In this document: positions 41,750-49,959 of the stretch, in pieces
How the letters are laid out: the number at the start of each line of letters is the position of its first letter
Numbering within the stretch: position 1 is the stretch's first letter
Assembly: GCA_022340825.1 (NCBI GenBank)
Contig: JAJDNE010000048.1
Span: 20-64,019 of the forward strand
Length of the DNA stretch: 64,000 nucleotides
Direction: 5' to 3'
Source of the DNA: Acidiferrobacterales bacterium
Lineage (GTDB): Bacteria; Pseudomonadota; Gammaproteobacteria; Acidiferrobacterales; JAJDNE01
Made by a program: the position numbers and the translations under genes
The notes under the pieces: model-generated
Seen by the model: the letters and a program-made list of their open reading frames with translations, nothing else
Databases searched by the model: none
Told to the model about the DNA's origin: nothing

Positions 41750-42492
41750 GCGGCAGGTCGGCGGTTTCTTACCCAGCGTCTTACCGCGGCTGTGTGGCGG
41801 CGGCTGACATCCAGTTTGTTGTCTGTACCTTCCAGGTTGACCTGCCATGAACCGGCAGGGCTCTTTTCCACACCGGTAATAAATTTCGTCGCAACCAGTG
41901 CGTTGCGGTGAATACGCAGAAACTGTTCGCCGAACTCTTTTTCCAGGTTAACCAGAGAGTCCTCAATCAGGAATTCGTCGTCAGCAGTTTTTATCACCAC
42001 GTATTTGCTGTCGGCCAGGAAATAGATAACCTCCGGTACCGGTACCAGTCGGATATTCCCGCGCATGTGCACGCTGATGTGGGTACGCGCATTCGGTTCT
42101 TCCCGTGACTGATTGACTTCGTGCAGTTGCTGCGCCGTGAGTTTCTTTGCCTTGACCAAGGCATTGGCCAGGCGGTCCTTGCGGATCGGTTTCAGCAGGT
42201 AATCAACGGCGTTTACTTCGAATGCATCCAGCGCATGCTGATCATACGCGGTGGTGAAGATCACGCTCGGCGGACTCTCCATCCCCATCAAATGCATTGC
42301 CGCTTCCAGGCCGTCCATGCCCGGCATACGAATATCCATCAATAGCAAATCCGGATTCAGCTCTCCGGTTTTCTCAATGGCTTCACTGCCATTCATGGCT
42401 TCACCAACGACATTATAGCCGCCGATGTCACTCAACAGTTCTCTAAGCCGCTCGCGAGCGAGCTTCTCATCATCAACAATTAACACCCTCAT
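41746..42492 (-). CDS. algR: LytTR-family response regulator (AlgR-like)
   Basis: Receiver domain MRVLIVDDE...DLLLMDIRMPGMDG plus a C-terminal LytTR domain. It sits next to hemC and argH, as algR does in Pseudomonas. Confidence 0.85.
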   Translation of the reverse strand: MRVLIVDDEKLARERLRELLSDIGGYNVVGEAMNGSEAIEKTGELNPDLLLMDIRMPGMDGLEAAMHLMGMESPPSVIFTTAYDQHALDAFEVNAVDYLLKPIRKDRLANALVKAKKLTAQQLHEVNQSREEPNARTHISVHMRGNIRLVPVPEVIYFLADSKYVVIKTADDEFLIEDSLVNLEKEFGEQFLRIHRNALVATKFITGVEKSPAGSWQVNLEGTDNKLDVSRRHTAAVRRWVRNRRPAA

Positions 42493-43622
42493 GGTGTTCC
42501 TCCGCGATTCGGTAAAACTACGGTGACAACAAACCTGCCATCGTTATCCTGTTTGGCGAGCTTAGCGTCTTCTCCGTAATGAGTCTGCAAACGCCGACGA
42601 ATGTCGTCAAGCGCCTGACCTTCGGGCGCTTCATTGCGCCCCAGCTTGCGTTTGCGCGGCATCGGATTGCTGATCTGTATGTGGATCGACTCATCCTCCT
42701 CCCACAAACGCACATCAATAGTTCCGCCTTCGGGACTGGGCTCGACACCGAAGCGAATAGCATTTTCGAGCAGCGGCTGTAGTGTCAATACTGGCATGAT
42801 CGCTTTACGCGGAAACTTGCCGATATCCCAGTTCACGGTGAGACGGTTGTCCAGTCGTAATTGTTCCAACGCGATGTATTTTTGTGCAACTTCCACTTCC
42901 TTGTGCACGGGCACCAGGTTTTCGCTTTCGGTCAGCATCATCCGGAACAGATCGGCCATGTCCTCTATCGCGTGCTCAGCCTTTGTCGGTGCGCTCCGGG
43001 TCAGGCTGGCAATGATGTTAAGACTGTTGAACACGAAGTGAGGACGAATGCGTGATTTCAACGCCTGCATCTTGGCGCGCTCCTCGGATGCGGTGCGTTG
43101 CTGCAGTTCGTGCACACCCAGCAGGTAACGCAAGGCGAGGGCATTGACGACAATACTGATCGATAAATTCTGAACATGGAAATAGCTGTACCAGCCGGGT
43201 CGAGGACTTGGAATCTTGCCCATGATCCAGAGTAGCCATACCGCCGCCTCGGAGATCACAACCGTGATCAGCAACAACAGGACATAGGTCGCACCCAGCG
43301 CGTAGAGCTTGGGGAGCTGATTCAGAAAGCGGCGCAGGCCGCAGACAGCGCCAGCGCTGCTAAGCGCGATCCACTGAATAAACAGCGAAATCAGTAGCAG
43401 GTCTTCAAAGATATTGAGCGAGATGCGCTTGGTGATGAGCGTAATCACCAGCGCCAGCAACTGGGCAATGACGACCACGTTGACCAGCATGTCGCCTCGG
43501 CAGAAATTCGGTAGAAAACCGGCGCTCTCTTCTACCGCTTCGGGCGTTACCCGGGGCGCGCGCTTTAGTCCGGTTGATAGCCGCGCCCACATGAGACCGG
43601 CCTTTTGTGCAAGGGTTGTCAT
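42489..43622 (-). CDS. AlgZ/FimS-like (LytS-type, PF06580-like) sensor histidine kinase, copy 1
   Basis: Multi-TM N-terminus, H-box LKSRIRPHFVFNSLN, and N-box LQPLLENAIRFG. It overlaps the algR-like start by 4 nt. Confidence 0.85.
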   Translation of the reverse strand: MTTLAQKAGLMWARLSTGLKRAPRVTPEAVEESAGFLPNFCRGDMLVNVVVIAQLLALVITLITKRISLNIFEDLLLISLFIQWIALSSAGAVCGLRRFLNQLPKLYALGATYVLLLLITVVISEAAVWLLWIMGKIPSPRPGWYSYFHVQNLSISIVVNALALRYLLGVHELQQRTASEERAKMQALKSRIRPHFVFNSLNIIASLTRSAPTKAEHAIEDMADLFRMMLTESENLVPVHKEVEVAQKYIALEQLRLDNRLTVNWDIGKFPRKAIMPVLTLQPLLENAIRFGVEPSPEGGTIDVRLWEEDESIHIQISNPMPRKRKLGRNEAPEGQALDDIRRRLQTHYGEDAKLAKQDNDGRFVVTVVLPNRGGTP

Positions 43623-44674
43623 TACTGGTGCTCGACGATCGGCATCTTGAGTTTCACGTGATACTGCCCACCTTCCTGGAACGATTGCATGCTTGCATTG
43701 TTTCCAAACTGGGTTTGCAGTCGCTGGCGAATGTTGTCCTGGGCAATCTTGTTGCCTTTGCTGTGTGATGCGCCGGGATTCTCCGGCAAGGGGTTGCTTA
43801 TCATAGCATTAAGCATTTTGCCTTCCGTCCACAGATCAATGGTTACCGTGCCACCAGCGAAGCGCGGTTCAATACCGTGATAAATCGCATTTTCCAGCAA
43901 CGGTTGCAAAATCAGTGCGGGGATTAGCGCCGAGCGCGGTACGTTACTGACATTCCACTTTATCTTGAGCCGGTCGCCGAGGCGGATCTTTTCCACTTCC
44001 AGATACTGACGTGATATTTCACGCTCCGCGGAAATAGGTACCAGTTTGCGCGCATCGGCCAGCAACACGCGGAACAGATCAGCAATGTCGTGTAGTACCG
44101 CTTCCGCTTTTTCCGGATCGCTGCGGGTCAAACTGGCGACACTGTTCAGGCTATTGAACAGGAAGTGAGGCCGGATGCGGGACTGCAACGCCTGCATTTG
44201 CGCATCCTGCTTGGTCTTTTCGCCTGACTGCAGTCGGTAAGACAGGTACAGGTAGCGCAGCGCCGGGATGCTGACGATAGCAACGATAACCAGGCTTCGG
44301 GTGACCAGCGAGACACGCCACTCGGGCCAGCGTTGGTCCACCAGGCCGAGGTCGTAGAGCGCAAAAATAATAAATTCGGGCCCGACCACCGCGACCACCA
44401 GCAGAAGCATAAACGCAACCGCGACGCCTCCGAACGCGGACATACGTTTCAGCAGTGGCGACGCCAGCGTAAGTACGACGATGGTGCAGAAAGAGATGGT
44501 CAGCGCGAACGCGGACAGGAGATTAAAGTCGGTCCAGGCCTGTTCGTTAAATACCGGGTTACGACCGACCGTAATGATAATCGCGATCAATTCGGCAAGA
44601 AAAATAATACGAATCGCAGTTCCGAACGAGGCAAAGTTCGGCAACGAGGGTTGGTTGTCAGTCGATTTAGCCAT
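43622..44674 (-). CDS. AlgZ/FimS-like (LytS-type) sensor histidine kinase, copy 2
   Basis: Multi-TM N-terminus, H-box LQSRIRPHFLFNSLN, and N-box LQPLLENAIYHG. Its stop overlaps the start of copy 1 by 1 nt. Confidence 0.85.
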   Translation of the reverse strand: MAKSTDNQPSLPNFASFGTAIRIIFLAELIAIIITVGRNPVFNEQAWTDFNLLSAFALTISFCTIVVLTLASPLLKRMSAFGGVAVAFMLLLVVAVVGPEFIIFALYDLGLVDQRWPEWRVSLVTRSLVIVAIVSIPALRYLYLSYRLQSGEKTKQDAQMQALQSRIRPHFLFNSLNSVASLTRSDPEKAEAVLHDIADLFRVLLADARKLVPISAEREISRQYLEVEKIRLGDRLKIKWNVSNVPRSALIPALILQPLLENAIYHGIEPRFAGGTVTIDLWTEGKMLNAMISNPLPENPGASHSKGNKIAQDNIRQRLQTQFGNNASMQSFQEGGQYHVKLKMPIVEHQ

Positions 44675-44871
44675 TGCTGCTTGTGCTGTTTGCGTAAAAT
44701 AATTAAGGGAACGTGTCTGGCGGGATTCGTAAGTCCCCGTATGGATATCGGCAAATCGCCCGAGCCAAAAAAGGGATTTAACCGTATTCGGTCCGAAATA
44801 AGCAACTCGGCCGTATATTATGATGTCATTTTTCCGTTTCCGGCACCCGATTATTATTTTTACCGCCCATC

Positions 44872-44984
44872 AAAAAAAACCCCCCGCAAGAGCGGGGGGT
44901 TTAAAATCCGGTTCGGTATTCGGGGTGGGGGTGCACTCAAAAGGAGAGTTCCGAACCGGATCAATCCAGCTATTAACTAGCTGT
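44872..44984 (-). ncRNA. candidate small RNA (about 113 nt) with its own promoter and intrinsic terminator
   Basis: Minus-strand elements in order: -35 TTGTAG (45019-45014), a 17 nt spacer, -10 TATTTT (44996-44991). Then a 6 bp hairpin CAGCTA/TAGCTG (44983-44967) and a 10 bp hairpin TCCGGTTCGG/CCGAACCGGA (44960-44907) with a C/U-rich loop CUCUCCUUUUGAGUGCACCCCCACCCC. It ends with the terminator CCCCCCGC-TCTT-GCGGGGGG followed by T8 (44899-44872). No ORF fits. Confidence 0.4.
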
Positions 44985-45158
44985 ACTGATAAAATAGCCC
45001 TGTTGCCCTGACGCTACAACCCGAGGCCGATAATCGAGTTTCGGCCACGGACAGGCGGCCAAAAGTGCCGTAAACTTGCACCTCACAGGCATTTTCAGGC
45101 GTTTCCCTGACGTGAGGCGCATGTCAGAATCCACAAAAAACCAGACCAGATAATAACA

Positions 45159-46544
45159 ATGGACAAGAAAAAACCCTGGGGCGGGAGGTTCGAAGCGCCC
45201 ACGGACAGTTTCGTCGAATCCTTCACCTCATCCGTGGGGTTTGATCAGCGGCTCTATCACTACGATATTCAGGGCTCGATGGCGCATGCACGCATGCTGG
45301 CCCACGTTGGTGTTCTCAGCGGTGACGAATGCAAGGCGATTATTGCCGGCCTGGAAGAAATCGAGACTGAAATCGAATCAGGTCAGTTCGCCTGGAGTGT
45401 GTCGCTCGAAGATGTACACATGAACATCGAGGCGCGGCTGACGGACCGCATTGGAGAGGTCGGTAAAAAATTGCACACCGGCCGTTCGCGTAATGATCAG
45501 GTAGCGACCGATATCCGCCTTTATTTGCGCGATGGCATCGACGATGTCTGCGCGCGCTTGCGCGACTTGCAGACGGCCATTGTCGATATTGCGGAGCGGG
45601 AAGCAGAGACCATTCTGCCGGGCTTCACTCACCTTCAGCCAGCACAACCCATTACCTTCGGCCACCATATGCTGGCCTGGTTCGAGATGCTGGCACGCGA
45701 TTACGCGCGCATGCAGGATTGTCGCAAACGGGTGAATATCATGCCGCTGGGTGCTGCGGCGCTGGCCGGTACCAGTTTTCCAATTGATCGCGAGTTCACT
45801 GCCAAAGAGCTCGGTTTCGACATGCCCGCGGCGAATTCGCTGGATGCAGTTTCAGATCGCGATTTCGCTATTGAATTTGTCTCGAACGCGTCGGTGATCA
45901 TGATGCATCTGTCCCGTTTCTCCGAGGAGCTGATTCTCTGGTCGACAGCGCAATTCAACTTCATTGAACTCGGCGACAATTTCTGTACCGGTTCCAGCAT
46001 CATGCCGCAAAAGAAGAATCCGGATGTACCGGAACTGATTCGCGGCAAGACCGGCCGGGTAAACGGACACCTGGTAAGCCTGTTAACCCTGATGAAGGGA
46101 CAGCCACTGGCATACAACAAGGACAATCAGGAAGACAAGGAACCGTTATTCGACACACTTGATACGGTTCTGGATAGCCTGAAGGTCTATGCCGACATGC
46201 TGACCAGCATGGAAGTAAAACGCGACAACATGCGCGATGCTGCGATCAAGGGGTATACCACGGCCACGGATCTGGCAGACGCGCTGGTGCGTAAAGGCGT
46301 TGCGTTTCGGGATGCCCATGAGATTGTTGGCAAGGCGGTGCGCTACGCGATCGATCAGGGCAAGGATCTCGGTGAGCTCGAGGTAAAAGCATTACAGCAA
46401 TTCAGTGATGCCATCGACAAACAGGTACTAGACGTCCTCAAGGTCGAAGGCTCGGTGAATGCGCGTGATCATCTGGGCGGCACGGCACCGTCGCAGGTCA
46501 GGCTTGCTGTGAAGAAAGCACGGCAATCGCTCAAGGGCGACTAG
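45159..46544 (+). CDS. argH: argininosuccinate lyase
   Basis: Fumarate lyase signature [12 protein letters not shown] and N-terminus [15 protein letters not shown]. Confidence 0.95.
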   Translation: MDKKKPWGGRFEAPTDSFVESFTSSVGFDQRLYHYDIQGSMAHARMLAHVGVLSGDECKAIIAGLEEIETEIESGQFAWSVSLEDVHMNIEARLTDRIGEVGKKLHTGRSRNDQVATDIRLYLRDGIDDVCARLRDLQTAIVDIAEREAETILPGFTHLQPAQPITFGHHMLAWFEMLARDYARMQDCRKRVNIMPLGAAALAGTSFPIDREFTAKELGFDMPAANSLDAVSDRDFAIEFVSNASVIMMHLSRFSEELILWSTAQFNFIELGDNFCTGSSIMPQKKNPDVPELIRGKTGRVNGHLVSLLTLMKGQPLAYNKDNQEDKEPLFDTLDTVLDSLKVYADMLTSMEVKRDNMRDAAIKGYTTATDLADALVRKGVAFRDAHEIVGKAVRYAIDQGKDLGELEVKALQQFSDAIDKQVLDVLKVEGSVNARDHLGGTAPSQVRLAVKKARQSLKGD

Positions 46545-46550
46545 TTCAAC

Positions 46551-46892
46551 GTGAACGATATTGCAGCTTTCAGTCAGCGTCTGCGCGAGTTTGCGCAGGC
46601 GCGTGATTGGGAGCAGTTTCATTCCCCGAAAAATCTTGCCATGGCGCTGATTGTTGAAGCGGCCGAGCTGGTTGAGCATTTTCAATGGATGAAAGAAGAC
46701 CAGACCTACACGCTGAGCGACGTCCAGCGTGACGAAGTTGCGCTGGAGATGGCCGATATTTTTATTTATTTGCTGCGAATCGCCGAGCGGCTGAATATTG
46801 ATCTCGCCGAAGCCACTAACAAAAAAATTGCCATCAACGATCAGCGTTACCCGGTCGAGAAGTCAAAAGGGCGGGCTGCGAGGCCAGAGTAA
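46551..46892 (+). CDS. MazG-like nucleotide pyrophosphohydrolase
   Basis: 113 aa with FAQARDWEQFHSPKNLAMALIVEAAELVEHFQW and EMADIFIYLLR (the EExxE/D class). Confidence 0.8.
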   Translation: MNDIAAFSQRLREFAQARDWEQFHSPKNLAMALIVEAAELVEHFQWMKEDQTYTLSDVQRDEVALEMADIFIYLLRIAERLNIDLAEATNKKIAINDQRYPVEKSKGRAARPE

Positions 46893-46996
46893 GTTTCACC
46901 TGAACGATATTTTTTAAAAAATCCGGGATTCCTGTCAACCGATCCCGCCCCGCCGCGTTATTACTCCCACAATCACTGAAAACACGGGAGTACGAC

Positions 46997-47515
46997 ATGA
47001 ACAAAACAGCAGTAAATACCCTGATACTTGTTGCCACACTGGCTGCCGGACCTGTCCTGGCGGATGAAACCGGCCTCGGCCAGGCGGTAGAGAATCGTTT
47101 CGATCGCACCGGAGACCGGGTTGATAACCGACTGGACCGCAAAGGCGACCGTATCGACAATCGACTGGACCGCAAAGGCGACCGTATCGAGAATCGCTTC
47201 GACAATCGGGCCGATCGTGCCCGTGACGCCGGCAAGGATGGACTGGCGAATCGCCTGGAACACAAGGGCGACCGGGTGGATCGCCGACTGGACCGGAAAG
47301 GGGATCGCATCGACAATAGGCTCGATCGGAAAGGGGATCGCGTTGATCGCAGGCTGGATCGCAAGGGTGAAATTGCCCACCGCCGAATTGATCGCTACCA
47401 GCAGGGCAATTATCGGCCGGGCATGAATAACCAGTTCCGTGCCCAGCACCAGTTTCGCACGCAGCGTGCTGGTGCCGGCTGGGCAGGTGGTGCGCGATTC
47501 GGTGGGCGTCGATAG
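46997..47515 (+). CDS. secreted, highly charged 11-residue tandem-repeat protein
   Basis: Signal peptide MNKTAVNTLILVATLAAGPVLA, then about 8 units of D-R-K-G-D-R-I-D-N-R-L, then a Gly/Arg/Gln-rich tail. Confidence 0.65.
   Translation: MNKTAVNTLILVATLAAGPVLADETGLGQAVENRFDRTGDRVDNRLDRKGDRIDNRLDRKGDRIENRFDNRADRARDAGKDGLANRLEHKGDRVDRRLDRKGDRIDNRLDRKGDRVDRRLDRKGEIAHRRIDRYQQGNYRPGMNNQFRAQHQFRTQRAGAGWAGGARFGGRR
47101..47388 (+). repeat. 33 bp in-frame tandem repeat array inside the repeat-protein gene
   Basis: The units at 47134-47166 and 47167-47199 are nearly identical (GACCGCAAAGGCGACCGTATCGA...). Further diverged units sit at 47101, 47257, 47290, 47323 and 47356. A degenerate spacer covers 47200-47256. 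Confidence 0.9.
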
Positions 47516-47587
47516 GATCGGGCGGCGGTTTTCGGTGCCTGTTAAACGGAAGACAGAAAGGAGATCACACTGGATTCCATTCAGGCA

Positions 47588-48112
47588 TTGGACCGCTTCC
47601 TTGCCAGCGTCGAACGGCGCGCCTTCGTGGCGGCACGCATGGCAGTAGGTAACGACGATGATGCACTCGACATCGTGCAGGATGCGATGATGAAGCTTGC
47701 CGAGAAATACAGTGAGCGCGAACCGGCCGAATGGCCCCCATTGTTTCAGCGCATATTACAAAGCCGTATCCGGGATTTTTATCGGCGGGCAAAGGTGCGC
47801 AACCGTTTCCGGACCTGGTTTGGCTTTGGTAATACTGAAGAACAGAACAAATCTGATCCATTTGACGAGATTAAAGATCCGGGTGCTCGCGAACCGATCG
47901 AGCATCTGGATGCTAAGCAGGAGCTGGCTTCCCTGGAGGTCGCGATTGCAGCACTACCGCAACGCCAGCAACAGGCTTTTATGTTAAGGACATGGGATGG
48001 TCTCGATGTTGAACAAACGGCCAGGGCCATGGGCTGCTCTTCCGGCAGCGTAAAGACGCATTATTCTCGTGCGATGCAGGCACTACGTAAACGAGCCGAA
48101 GAAACGGTCTGA
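47588..48112 (+). CDS. ECF-type RNA polymerase sigma-70 family factor
   Basis: Region 2 is DALDIVQDAMMKLAEKY and region 4 is QQQAFMLRTWDGLDVEQTARAMGCSSGSVKTHYSRAMQALR. The track start is TTG at 47588. An in-frame CTG at 47570 sits 7 nt after AAGGAG and may be the real start. Confidence 0.85.
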   Translation: MDRFLASVERRAFVAARMAVGNDDDALDIVQDAMMKLAEKYSEREPAEWPPLFQRILQSRIRDFYRRAKVRNRFRTWFGFGNTEEQNKSDPFDEIKDPGAREPIEHLDAKQELASLEVAIAALPQRQQQAFMLRTWDGLDVEQTARAMGCSSGSVKTHYSRAMQALRKRAEETV

Positions 48113-48116
48113 ATTG

Positions 48117-48503
48117 ATGACTAAAAAAGACGAAAGAATTCTGAACGATGCACGCGCGATGCTGGATCGCCAGTCCGAAGAACTGGACGATGTAGTACTG
48201 GCCCGGCTGCGCGCCGCTCGAATGCGGGCAACCGAAGTGGCTGACCATCGCAGCGATACTGGAAGCTGGTTTGGCTCGGCGGTTGGCGCAGGTTCATCGT
48301 TGGCGTTAACGAAGATGATGGGCGGCCTGGTCGCCGCTTCACTGGTATTTGCAGTTGCGGTGACCGTCTGGATAGCGAACCCGGTTGTCCCGCGCAACAA
48401 TCTAGAGGATCTCGAGATATTGGCCGCTAGCGAAAGCCCCGAGTTTTATCAGGATCTCGATTTTTATCTGTGGCTGGAAACGAGGGCGACACGTGCCGGC
48501 TAG
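48117..48503 (+). CDS. DUF3619-like single-TM protein (putative anti-sigma or partner)
   Basis: ORF track 48069..48503, with the likely ATG at 48117, 5 nt after the sigma stop. It has a cytoplasmic N-terminus, one TM (GGLVAASLVFAVAVTVWIA) and an acidic C-terminal tail. Confidence 0.55.
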   Translation: MTKKDERILNDARAMLDRQSEELDDVVLARLRAARMRATEVADHRSDTGSWFGSAVGAGSSLALTKMMGGLVAASLVFAVAVTVWIANPVVPRNNLEDLEILAASESPEFYQDLDFYLWLETRATRAG

Positions 48504-48696
48504 TCGTGCGCTGTTTGCGATAGCGCTGGTGATATTGGCCTCGCCAGTGCGGGCCGAAGACGTGCCGGATATCGATCTGCTGGAATATCTGGGCAGCTGG
48601 GAGAGTGTAAACGGTGAGTATGTCGATCCGATGGAGTTCGCGACAGAAGATGCTCGCGAGACAACAAATCAAGAGAAGGTGAGTGATGAGCAATAA
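48493..48696 (+). CDS. small secreted acidic protein (67 aa)
   Basis: Signal peptide ALFAIALVILASPVRA followed by an Asp/Glu-rich sequence. It overlaps both neighbours, consistent with translational coupling. Confidence 0.45.
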   Translation: MPASRALFAIALVILASPVRAEDVPDIDLLEYLGSWESVNGEYVDPMEFATEDARETTNQEKVSDEQ

Positions 48697-49210
48697 ATCT
48701 AAGATGGTACATGCAGCAATACTCGCCATCAGTTTAGTGCTGATGACTCAACCGGTTCAGGCGCAGTCGTGGCAGGAATTGAGCCCGCAAGAACAGAAAC
48801 TGCTTGGCAAGATGAAAGACCGGTGGGACCAGATGCCGGCAGAACGGCAGCAGCGCGTTTTGCGTGGCGCCAAACGTTGGCAGGAAATGACGCCGGAACA
48901 ACGACGGTTGGCTAAACAGAGATTGAAACGCTGGCAGGAAATGACGCCGGAACAACGCGCCGGGGTGCGCGAGCGCTTCCAGCGATTCCGCGAATTACCT
49001 CCGGAAGAACGGGAACGAATCCGCCAACGGTGGGCAGAGTTTCAGTCGATGCCGCCGGAGAGACGTCAGGAGCTGCGGGACAAGTGGCAGAGTATGTCGC
49101 CGGAGCAGCGTCAGCAGTTTCGTGAAAGGCGAATGAACCAAATGTCGCCGGAACAACGGCAGCGCCTTCGTAACTACCAAAGTGGCGGTGGTGGAGGCCG
49201 GGGCCGATAA
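48683..49210 (+). CDS. DUF3106-like secreted repeat protein
   Basis: A signal peptide followed by repeated W-Q-E-M-T/S-P-E-Q-R units (RWQEMTPEQR appears twice, plus WQSMSPEQRQ, MNQMSPEQRQ and FQSMPPERRQ). Confidence 0.65.
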   Translation: MMSNKSKMVHAAILAISLVLMTQPVQAQSWQELSPQEQKLLGKMKDRWDQMPAERQQRVLRGAKRWQEMTPEQRRLAKQRLKRWQEMTPEQRAGVRERFQRFRELPPEERERIRQRWAEFQSMPPERRQELRDKWQSMSPEQRQQFRERRMNQMSPEQRQRLRNYQSGGGGGRGR

Positions 49211-49216
49211 CCCTTG

Positions 49217-49651
49217 CTAGTCTTCCAGGTCTTTCAGGCGTTTTTCAATTTCTTTCAGTGGAATGACCTGGCCGCGGTTGATGCCTTCGCATCGGCGAGC
49301 CTCGTCTTTCCAGTTCCTCTCGGTATCAACGATTTCCGGCCAGAATGGATAGGTGCGACACTGTGCCGGCCGGTGCTGGTAGATCGAGCAACGGCCATCG
49401 TTATCTAGAAATGGACAGACCCCGGTCGTGTTCAGTCGAATGCCCAAATCTCCATGTTCCAGTGTCTCGATGTAGCGCCGACGAAACCAGTCGGGACTAA
49501 CGCCGAGATGAATACGGATTTTCTCCATTTCATTCCGATTGAGCTTTATATAATGGTAACCAGGCGTGCCGTAGCAGCATTTTCCGCAGCCGGTGCATTG
49601 AAACCGAAGCGATGATTCCTTATAAAACGGTTTCTTTTTAATCGACAGCAT
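49217..49651 (-). CDS. YkgJ family cysteine-cluster protein
   Basis: CTGCGKCCYG near the N-terminus plus downstream Cys residues (UPF0153 pattern). Confidence 0.75.
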   Translation of the reverse strand: MLSIKKKPFYKESSLRFQCTGCGKCCYGTPGYHYIKLNRNEMEKIRIHLGVSPDWFRRRYIETLEHGDLGIRLNTTGVCPFLDNDGRCSIYQHRPAQCRTYPFWPEIVDTERNWKDEARRCEGINRGQVIPLKEIEKRLKDLED

Positions 49652-49959
49652 CTGAATTCAGGAGACGTTGGTGGGTGGTTGTGTCAGTTTTAACTGCCTG
49701 AACTGTGGCTAGACCTGGGAGCGTATTGACTTTGGCCGTGGCAAGCAACCCAAGCCGTATCTTCAGATTGATCGTTGCAGCAGGTTCAGCGCCCCGGTAG
49801 TGATCAAGCCGCCTGACGATATCCGGGACTAGCCGCTTATCAGCTCGGAATGCTTGTAGAGCGATACGCATCTCGGAAAACTGCCGAAACTGTTATGATT
49901 GCGCTGCCTCCGGACATGCCCGCGTGAGAAGCGGCTATTCCCTGACACTTAATCTGTAA

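Noticed and set aside
44333-44980. A 215 aa plus-strand ORF spanning the kinase copy 2 N-terminus and the intergenic region.
   Set aside because: It is antisense to a well-supported kinase gene and runs straight through the terminator hairpin. The translation is Arg/Lys-rich junk.
46834-47449. Two minus-strand ORFs (176 and 158 aa) and a plus-strand alternate-frame ORF (47121-47426) across the 33 bp repeat array.
   Set aside because: Periodic repeats keep several frames open. Only the 46997-47515 frame has a signal peptide, a plausible start and operon context. This does mean that the coding status of the repeat gene itself deserves experimental confirmation.
49638-49871. A 77 aa minus-strand ORF overlapping the ykgJ start.
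   Set aside because: It has no recognisable motif or ribosome binding site and overlaps the ykgJ 5' end by 14 nt. The roughly 300 nt ykgJ-upstream region may simply be a regulatory spacer. Kept as unresolved, not called.
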